Below the pieces are notes generated by a model. The model had not been told where the DNA came from and ran no database searches. It worked only from the letters and a program-made list of their open reading frames with translations. 64,000 nt of DNA from Verrucomicrobiota bacterium (GTDB lineage: Bacteria; Verrucomicrobiota; Verrucomicrobiia; Limisphaerales; J093): NCBI GenBank assembly GCA_022710935.1, contig JAKLFY010000014.1:31041-95040 (forward strand). The letters run 5' to 3'. Within the stretch, counting starts at the first letter, position 1, and the number at the start of each line of letters is the position of its first letter. A program made the position numbers and the translations under genes. Positions 44,809 to 51,977 of the stretch are shown here, piece after piece.

Positions 44809-47800
44809 ATGACGCGAGGTACGTTCATTCGCTTGGCGGGTCTGGGGCTCGCCCTGACCTTGCCTGTCCGCGCCGCGGTCCTGGTCCCCACCGCCGCCAC
44901 CTGGCGCTGGCGCCCGGGCACCAACGAAGCCTCGACACCCCTCCACCTCTGGCGAGAGGCGGGCTTCGCCGACACCCAGTTCACCACCGCGCCGGCGCCG
45001 TTTTGGTACGGCGACGTGCTGGCGGGTGGCACGCAGATCACCGGAATGCGCAACGTCTATCGCTGTATTTTCCTCCGGAAGACCTTCGTGGTGACCAATC
45101 GCGCCGAGATTGGCGGCCTGCGCCTGGCATCCGTGGTGGACGATGGGTTTGTCGCCTGGATCAACGGCACCGAGGTGTTGAGGATCCGCATGCCCGGGAC
45201 AACCGGCACTGAGGTCACGACGACGACGACTCTGGCCGACAACGCCCCCGAACCGGTCTCCTTCCAAACTGACAACCTCCCCGGCCCGCACTCCTATCTC
45301 ATGACCGGCACCAACGTCCTGGCGGTGCAAGTGTTTCAAAGCGCCCTCGCCAGCAGCGACCTGGGCTTCGATTGTTCGCTTGAATCGATCGTTCGCGAGA
45401 CGGTTCCGCCCGCGGTCCTGAGCGTCGTCCCGGCGCCGGGCACCGTCACGCAACTGAGGCAGATCACCGTGACGTTTAGCGAGCCGGTGACGGGCGTGGC
45501 CGCAGCGCACCTGTTGGTGAACGGGATCGGTGCCTCGAGCCTGAACGCCAGCGACAGCGCCACGTACACCTTCGGCTTTGTGCAGCCGCCTTATGGCGAC
45601 GTGGCCATCACCTGGAACGCGAACCACAACATCTACGACCAGGCCGTGCCACCCAATCGCTTCCTGGATGCGGCGCCCGGCGCGGCCTGGACCTACGTGT
45701 TGGTGGACCGAACCGCGCCAACCGTGGCTGCTCTGACCCCCGCCCCCGGGGCGACCGTGCGCGCGTTCACCAGCCTCACGGTCCTCTTCGACGAGCCGGT
45801 GACCGGCGTGGATGCCGCCGACCTCCTGATCAATGGAAATGCGGTGGCCGAGGTGACCCCCGTGGCCGCCGCCCAGTACATCTTCGGCTTCCCGCAGCCG
45901 CCCACCGGCACGGTCCAGGTCGCTTGGGCCCCCGGCCATGCCATTGCCGATCTGGCGGCACCCCCGAACGCGTTCGGCGGGGGCAACTGGACCTATCGCC
46001 TTGACCCGAATGCCGCCGATCCCGCCCCCTACATCAGCGAGTTCATGGCCTCGAACACGCGCGGCGTGACCGACGAGGATGGCGCCTCCGCGGACTGGAT
46101 CGAGCTCTACAATCCCAGCCGTGTCGCCGTGAGCCTCGACGGCTGGTCACTCACCGACGATGCCGATGACCTGACCCAGTGGCGGTTCCCCGCCACCAAC
46201 CTTGCCGGCGGGGCGTTCCTGATCGTGTTCGCCTCGGGCAAGGATCGGCGTGCGGCCGGGGCGCCGTTGCACACCGGTTTTCGGCTCGACGCGGGCGGTG
46301 AATACCTCGCGCTGGTCAGGCCGGACGGCGTCACGATCGCCAGCGCGTTCTCCGCGGAGTTCCCCCAGCAAGTGCCTGATGTGTCGCACGGTTTCGCTCA
46401 GTCAGGTTCGCCTCCCGACTACACGACCAGCGCTGCCCCAGTCTACTTCACCGTGCCGACACCCGGCACGGTCAACCTGGGTGGCACCGCCGTGCCCGGC
46501 CCCATTATCGACGCGGTCAACCACACGCCCAACGTGCCGTTGGATCACCAAGATCTCTGGGTGACCGCCCGTGTGCTGCCATCCTTTCGCGCCGTGGGCG
46601 ACGTCACGTTGCGTTACCACATCATGTTCGGCAACGAGGCGGTCGCACCCATGCGGGACGACGGTGACCACAGTGACGGCGCGGCGGGCGACGGAATCTA
46701 CGGCGCGGCCATTCCCGCGAACCTCTCGACCAACGGCCAGATGATTCGCTATTACGTCACGGCGACGGACATCAATTCCTTCTCCTCGCGCTGGCCGTTG
46801 TTCACCCACCCCACGACCACCGAGGAATGCCTCGGCACCATCGTCGATCCCACCAACCTCACCAGCCGGCTGCCGATCTTTCACCTATTCGTCGCCCCGG
46901 ACCAGATGAGCCGGATCGACACCGAGAGCGGGGGACGGCTTGCCTTCTTCTACGACGGCGAGTTCTACGACAACATCTACATGGAACTGCGCGGCAACAC
47001 CTCCGCCGGCCTGCCCAAGAAGGCGCATCGCCTCGAGTTCAACCGCGGCCATGAACTGCGCCATGCCGGCCCCGGCGGCCGCTCCCGGCGATCGTCGCTC
47101 TTGGGGGAGCATCTGGACCCGGCCTATCTGCGGCAGCACCTCTGTTTCTGGTTTCTGGATCGCATCGGCGTGCCCGCGCCGTACAACTACCCGGTCCGCG
47201 TCCAGATGAACGGGGCATTTTACCAATTGGCCTTTCACAGCGATGTCATCGGCAAGGAACAGATCGAGCGGATGGGATATGAGCCGACCGGCGCGCTCTA
47301 CAAAGCGGTTGGGAACCTCGTTCCCAACTTCAGTAGCACGGGCGTCTTTCAGAAGCTCGAGCCGGAGGACGATCCGAGCCGAAAGGACTACCTGGAGTTG
47401 GCGAACGGGATCAACGAGGCGTCATCGCTTGCCGTGCGGCGCGCGGCGGTCTTCGATCTCCTGGACATCCCTCAGGCGATCAACCATCTCGCCGGCTCGC
47501 GCTGGTGCGCCGAGAACGACGATGTCTGGGCCAACATGAGCCTTTACCGGGATACCTATGGCGACGGACTGTGGCGCTGTATTCCCTTCGACATGAACGC
47601 CTCCTGGGGCCAGCTCTACGGCGGCAGCAACCCGCTCGAGGCCACCGCCGACTGGTCCAAGAGCCACCCTCTCTACGGCGGTTCGAGCACCGGCGGCAAT
47701 TTCAACCGGCTCTACGACGTCATCGTCACGCTGCCGGAAACCCGTCAGATGCTCCTGCGCCGCGAGCGCTCGATCCTGGACCGAATGGTGCAACCGCCCG

Positions 47801-50139
47801 GCACCCCCGCCGAAGCGCTGGTCCTCGAAAACTACATCCGCTCGATGAGCAACCTCATCTCGATCGAGGCCAATCTCGATCGAGCCAAGTGGGGCGCCTC
47901 GCCCTGGGCGCCGGGCAAGACCTTCGCCCAGGGAATCAGCGACCTGCTCAACCAATTCGTCGGCCCGCGCCGTCAGCATTGGTGCGTCACCCACTGCGTC
48001 ACGAACACCTCCAAGCCCATCGGCACCGGTAACGCCCAGAACGCCGGCATCCCGCTCTCTCAGCCAACCAACCTTTCCCTGGCGGTCGTCGGTGTGGATT
48101 TCAACCCCGCGGGCGGCAACCAGGAGCAGGAATACGTCTGCCTCAGCAACACCGCCCCGCTCGCCGTGGACCTCACCGGCTGGAAGCTCACCGGCGGCAT
48201 CGAGTTCACCTTCGCTCCAGGCACGGTGTTGCCGTCGAACGGCGTCGCTTACGTCTCGCCGAACACGCGGGCCTTCAAAGCGCGCGACGCCGGCCCGCGC
48301 GGCGGCCAGGGCCTGTTCGTGCTCGGCCCTTACCAGGGCCAACTCTCCGCGCGGGGCGAGACAGTCCAGGTGCGAGATGCTTTGGGCGCGATGGCGGGAA
48401 CGTACAGTTACACCGGAGCACCCAGCGCAGCCCAACAGTTCCTGCGCATTACGGAAATCATGTTCCATCCCGCCGCCACGTTGGGCAGTCCACTCGACCC
48501 GGACGCTTTCGAGTACCTCGAACTCGCGAACATTTCCGAGACCGTCACGCTCGACCTCACCGGCGTGCGCCTGGTCAACGGAATCGAGTTCGATTTCACT
48601 GGGAGCGCCGTCAGCAGCCTCGTTCCCGGGGCGCGCGTTCTGGTGGTCAAGAACGCCGCCGCCTTCGTCGCCCGCTACGGCACAGGCCGGCCGGTCGCCG
48701 GCCAGTTCACCGGCAACCTCAACAACGCCGGCGAACGCATTCAGCTCCTCGATGCCAGCAACGAGGAGATACTGGACTTCTCATACGATGATGACTGGCA
48801 CCCGCTGGTTGATGGGCTCGGGTTTTCGCTCGTCTTGGCGGACCCGACTGCCCCGCCCGAGGCCTGGAACGGCTCGAGCCAGTGGCGCCCGAGCAGCGCG
48901 CCCTCCGGCTCGCCCGGTCTCGCCGATCCGCCGCCCCCCGTGATCGCCGGCGTCCTGATCACTGAGGCTCTCACGCGCAACGACGCGCCCCCGCCCCCCG
49001 ACACCATCGAATTGCACAACCCCACCGAACAACCTGCCGAGGTCGGCGGCTGGTGGTTGACGGACGACTTCAACACCCCCGCCAAGTTTCGCATCCCGAA
49101 CGGAACGTCCATCGCCCCCTTGGATTACCTCACTTTTGACGCCACCCAATTCGGGGCCGGCGACGCCGGTTTCGGCCTGGGCGCGGACGGCGACGAGGTC
49201 TGGCTGTTCAGCGCGGACGCGGCGGGCCAACTTACCGGCTATGTTCACGGGCACCGGTTCGGCGCGGCGGACGACGGCGTCTCGTTCGGGCTCCACGTGA
49301 CCAGCGACGGTCAGGAACACTTCGTCGCACAGTCCGCCCCCACGCTGGGCACCGCCAATGCCGGCCCGCAAGTCGGCCCGGTCGTCATCAGCGAGATCAT
49401 GTACCATCCGTCCGGCGGCGACGACGGAACCGACTGCAGCGGGGACGAATACATCGAGATCGTGAACATCTCGGCTGAGGTGGTGCCACTGTTCGCCGCC
49501 GATCGCCCGACCAACACCTGGCGCGTGCGCGGCGGCGTCGATTTCGATTTCCCCACCGACCTGACCCTCGCCGGCGGCGAATACATCTTGCTCGTCAATT
49601 TCAACCCGACGAACACCGCCTTGACCGCCGCCTATCGCTCGAAGTACACGGTTGACGCCAGCGTTCGCCTCTTCGGTCCGTTCTCCGGCAAGCTCGACAA
49701 CTCCGGCGAGACGATCGGGCTGCTGAAGCCCGCTGTCTCAGGAGCTGACGTTGTCGCTCACGTCCTGACAGACCGGATCGATTACGGCGACGCCGCGCCG
49801 TGGCCGGGCGGAGCGGACGGTTCCGGTCAGTCGCTCCAGCGCGTCGATTTGGGCGCTTTCGGCAACGAACCGGCAAACTGGATCGCCGCCTCGCCCTCCG
49901 CCGCCCGCCGCCTCATCCCCACGCTGGTTATCCAGATGCAGCCCTCGATCCTTCTGATGGCCTGGGAAGACTCGCCAGTGGCGTGGGTCCTCGAAGAGGC
50001 GGCCGAAATCACGGGTCCCGCGGACTGGCAATCGTCTGCCGTGCAGCCCGTGTTGAGCGGCGGCTACTGGCGCGTGACTGTGCCTCGAACCGCCACGACG
50101 AGCGCCTTCTACCGGCTCCGATTGAACGTCGAGCATTGA
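44809..50139 (+). CDS. Giant secreted CotH-kinase-family protein with about five lamin-tail domains and an FYRL-type C-terminal domain
   Basis: ATG at 44809 with a signal peptide (FIRLAGLGLALTLPVRAA). Lamin-tail-domain signatures: ISEFMASN..DWIELYNPS..LDGWSLTDD; EYVCLSNTA..LTGWKLTGGIEFTF; FEYLELANIS..LTGVRLVNGIEFDF; TIELHNPT..VGGWWLTDD; EYIEIVNIS. CotH core: DPAYLRQHLCFWFLDRIGVPAPYNYPVRVQMNGAFYQL. Ends SAFYRLRLNVEH. 1776 aa. Confidence 0.85.
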   Translation: MTRGTFIRLAGLGLALTLPVRAAVLVPTAATWRWRPGTNEASTPLHLWREAGFADTQFTTAPAPFWYGDVLAGGTQITGMRNVYRCIFLRKTFVVTNRAEIGGLRLASVVDDGFVAWINGTEVLRIRMPGTTGTEVTTTTTLADNAPEPVSFQTDNLPGPHSYLMTGTNVLAVQVFQSALASSDLGFDCSLESIVRETVPPAVLSVVPAPGTVTQLRQITVTFSEPVTGVAAAHLLVNGIGASSLNASDSATYTFGFVQPPYGDVAITWNANHNIYDQAVPPNRFLDAAPGAAWTYVLVDRTAPTVAALTPAPGATVRAFTSLTVLFDEPVTGVDAADLLINGNAVAEVTPVAAAQYIFGFPQPPTGTVQVAWAPGHAIADLAAPPNAFGGGNWTYRLDPNAADPAPYISEFMASNTRGVTDEDGASADWIELYNPSRVAVSLDGWSLTDDADDLTQWRFPATNLAGGAFLIVFASGKDRRAAGAPLHTGFRLDAGGEYLALVRPDGVTIASAFSAEFPQQVPDVSHGFAQSGSPPDYTTSAAPVYFTVPTPGTVNLGGTAVPGPIIDAVNHTPNVPLDHQDLWVTARVLPSFRAVGDVTLRYHIMFGNEAVAPMRDDGDHSDGAAGDGIYGAAIPANLSTNGQMIRYYVTATDINSFSSRWPLFTHPTTTEECLGTIVDPTNLTSRLPIFHLFVAPDQMSRIDTESGGRLAFFYDGEFYDNIYMELRGNTSAGLPKKAHRLEFNRGHELRHAGPGGRSRRSSLLGEHLDPAYLRQHLCFWFLDRIGVPAPYNYPVRVQMNGAFYQLAFHSDVIGKEQIERMGYEPTGALYKAVGNLVPNFSSTGVFQKLEPEDDPSRKDYLELANGINEASSLAVRRAAVFDLLDIPQAINHLAGSRWCAENDDVWANMSLYRDTYGDGLWRCIPFDMNASWGQLYGGSNPLEATADWSKSHPLYGGSSTGGNFNRLYDVIVTLPETRQMLLRRERSILDRMVQPPGTPAEALVLENYIRSMSNLISIEANLDRAKWGASPWAPGKTFAQGISDLLNQFVGPRRQHWCVTHCVTNTSKPIGTGNAQNAGIPLSQPTNLSLAVVGVDFNPAGGNQEQEYVCLSNTAPLAVDLTGWKLTGGIEFTFAPGTVLPSNGVAYVSPNTRAFKARDAGPRGGQGLFVLGPYQGQLSARGETVQVRDALGAMAGTYSYTGAPSAAQQFLRITEIMFHPAATLGSPLDPDAFEYLELANISETVTLDLTGVRLVNGIEFDFTGSAVSSLVPGARVLVVKNAAAFVARYGTGRPVAGQFTGNLNNAGERIQLLDASNEEILDFSYDDDWHPLVDGLGFSLVLADPTAPPEAWNGSSQWRPSSAPSGSPGLADPPPPVIAGVLITEALTRNDAPPPPDTIELHNPTEQPAEVGGWWLTDDFNTPAKFRIPNGTSIAPLDYLTFDATQFGAGDAGFGLGADGDEVWLFSADAAGQLTGYVHGHRFGAADDGVSFGLHVTSDGQEHFVAQSAPTLGTANAGPQVGPVVISEIMYHPSGGDDGTDCSGDEYIEIVNISAEVVPLFAADRPTNTWRVRGGVDFDFPTDLTLAGGEYILLVNFNPTNTALTAAYRSKYTVDASVRLFGPFSGKLDNSGETIGLLKPAVSGADVVAHVLTDRIDYGDAAPWPGGADGSGQSLQRVDLGAFGNEPANWIAASPSAARRLIPTLVIQMQPSILLMAWEDSPVAWVLEEAAEITGPADWQSSAVQPVLSGGYWRVTVPRTATTSAFYRLRLNVEH

Positions 50140-50154
50140 GCGTCGCCGCGCCCT

Positions 50155-50343
50155 CCATTGCCCCCGGTACTCGGCCACGTACGGTAATTGCTCCCCCACC
50201 ATCGTCGCGCTCTTCAGATAGTGGTGTTGGATGATCAGTCGGTCCCACTCCGCGACCTCCTCCGGTCGAACCAGGCGCACCACGATTTCATTCACCACCG
50301 CGGCCTCGGCGGGGTCCGTCAGTACCAATCGCGTCCTCTTCAT
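50155..50343 (-). pseudogene. N-terminal fragment of a DUF4338-family gene (the domain found in Druantia DruA and in transposon-linked ORFs), truncated
   Basis: MKRTRLVLTDPAEAAVVNEIVVRLVRPEEVAEWDRLIIQHHYLKSATMVGEQLPYVAEYRGQW. This is the typical V(R)PV..E...W..L..HHYLG...VGE.L.YVAE..GQW opening. The similarity ends abruptly about 15 nt from the CotH gene stop, and the rest of the ORF is antisense junk. Confidence 0.55.
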
Positions 50344-50762
50344 CCGGCCCGGCAAAACGGAAGGGCCGAGGAACGTTCCGCAAATTCGTTAAGTCCCTAT
50401 TCCTCAATCACCCCCTCCCAGCTCAGAACCGCCCTGTTGCCTCAGGAGCACCTCTTCAGCCAAAATTCGGAATCCAGGCGAGGATGGGCATGCCTTCGCC
50501 AGGGGGATGGCGTCCGTGCGGCGCAGGGTTGCGGCGGGAATGACCGGACTTTGCTTCTGGTCCATTGTCGTGCCGACGCGGCCGGGCCTTGCCGGGCTTT
50601 GCCGTTGTGATATGGATGGCGGTGTGATAGAGGGGGCGCATGTTCATGCAACCTCATGCGGTCGGGATGGACCGATTGGATCAGGGAAGCGCGCCGCGGG
50701 CCACGCGGCCACGCGGGACGGGACGATCGCATGGGTGGATCCACTGCGGTTGTTGGGCGGCG

Positions 50763-51896
50763 ATGGGGACTCTGGTGGTTATCGTCCGGCGGGGCCTGCT
50801 GCTGGCCTGTGTCACCGGATCCGTTCTGGCACAAAGCCCGCCGCAGATGTTCCTGCGCATCGCGGGGCCCGCGCCGTCCCGCATCGAGAGCGAGAGCCTC
50901 CACACCGGTCTGCTGGTTTGTTCCAACGCCGTCGCCGGTCTGGCCTACCGCATTCAGTCGCGCACGGACCTGGGATCTGGAGGGGCGTGGGGCAATGTCC
51001 GGGTTTACCACGCCACGGCGCTTCGCGTGGCGGTTGATCTTCTTGCGATGGACAGTGCTTTGACGACGACCCGGGTGCCCGCGGGCGCCTTTCAGATGGG
51101 GGACAGCCTGGGTGATGGCTTCGCCAACGAGAACCCGGCGCACACAGTGAGTCTGGGGGCGCTGGAGGCGGATCGTTTTGAAGTGTATGGAGCCCTGTGG
51201 TCTGAGGTCCGCGCCTGGGCGCTGTCGCGGGGCTATGACTTCGACGGACCCGGTTTGGCGGTGGACCCTCTCGCGCCCGTGACGGCGGTGTCGTGGTACG
51301 ACTGTGTGAAGTGGTGCAATGCGCGGAGCGAGAAGAACGGGTTGGTCCCCGCGTACTATCTGGAGGCAGGTCGGACCAACGTGTACAGATCCGGCCGCGT
51401 GGATCTCACCTCTGACTGCGTGGCGTGGGAGAGCGTCGGCTATCGTCTGCCGACGGAGGCCGAGTGGGAGCGACTCGCGCGCGGCGGGGCGGACGGTTTT
51501 CGATTTCCCTGGACGAACGTCCTCACGATCGCGCACACCCAGGCCAATTACGTGAGCCGGACCAACGAGGCCTATGATCTTGGTCCCACCCGCGGCTATC
51601 ACCCGGCCTTTCAGGGCAAGCCGGCGCCGGTGGGCACATTCCCCCCCAACGGCTACGGTCTCTATGACGCCGCCGGAAACGTCTGGGAATGGTGCTGGGA
51701 CTGGTTCTCGCATACCTACTATGCGTCCTCGCCGGACGACAATCCTCGAGGCCCCGCCGCGGGCTCAGCCCGAGTGGCCCGCGGGAATAGCTACTACAAC
51801 GTCGGTTTCTACGCCCGCTGCGCTTACCGGAACTTCTGGGCCCCCACCAATCGCTTCGAGGATTTCGGCTTCCGCTGTGTCCGCACACAGCCCTGA
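50763..51896 (+). CDS. Formylglycine-generating-enzyme (SUMF1/FGE-sulfatase) family protein
   Basis: ATG at 50763 with a signal peptide. VPAGAFQMGD, NENPAHTVSL, VSWYDCVKWCNARSEKNGL, GYRLPTEAEWE, NGYGLYDAAGNVWEWCWDW, RVARGNSY, FGFRCV. Confidence 0.85.
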   Translation: MGTLVVIVRRGLLLACVTGSVLAQSPPQMFLRIAGPAPSRIESESLHTGLLVCSNAVAGLAYRIQSRTDLGSGGAWGNVRVYHATALRVAVDLLAMDSALTTTRVPAGAFQMGDSLGDGFANENPAHTVSLGALEADRFEVYGALWSEVRAWALSRGYDFDGPGLAVDPLAPVTAVSWYDCVKWCNARSEKNGLVPAYYLEAGRTNVYRSGRVDLTSDCVAWESVGYRLPTEAEWERLARGGADGFRFPWTNVLTIAHTQANYVSRTNEAYDLGPTRGYHPAFQGKPAPVGTFPPNGYGLYDAAGNVWEWCWDWFSHTYYASSPDDNPRGPAAGSARVARGNSYYNVGFYARCAYRNFWAPTNRFEDFGFRCVRTQP

Positions 51897-51977
51897 ACAA
51901 CCGCAGCCCGGGAATCTGTGTCCTCGATCCAGCGCGTTCCGGCTTGTTTTTGGAGGTTTCGTGGGATAGCAGGACGC

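Noticed and set aside
51700-51896. C-terminus of the FGE-family protein as a diversity-generating-retroelement variable region
   Set aside because: FGE/CLec folds are common DGR targets. However, I saw no reverse transcriptase gene, no template-repeat copy of this segment in the window, and no Asn/AAC-rich pattern.
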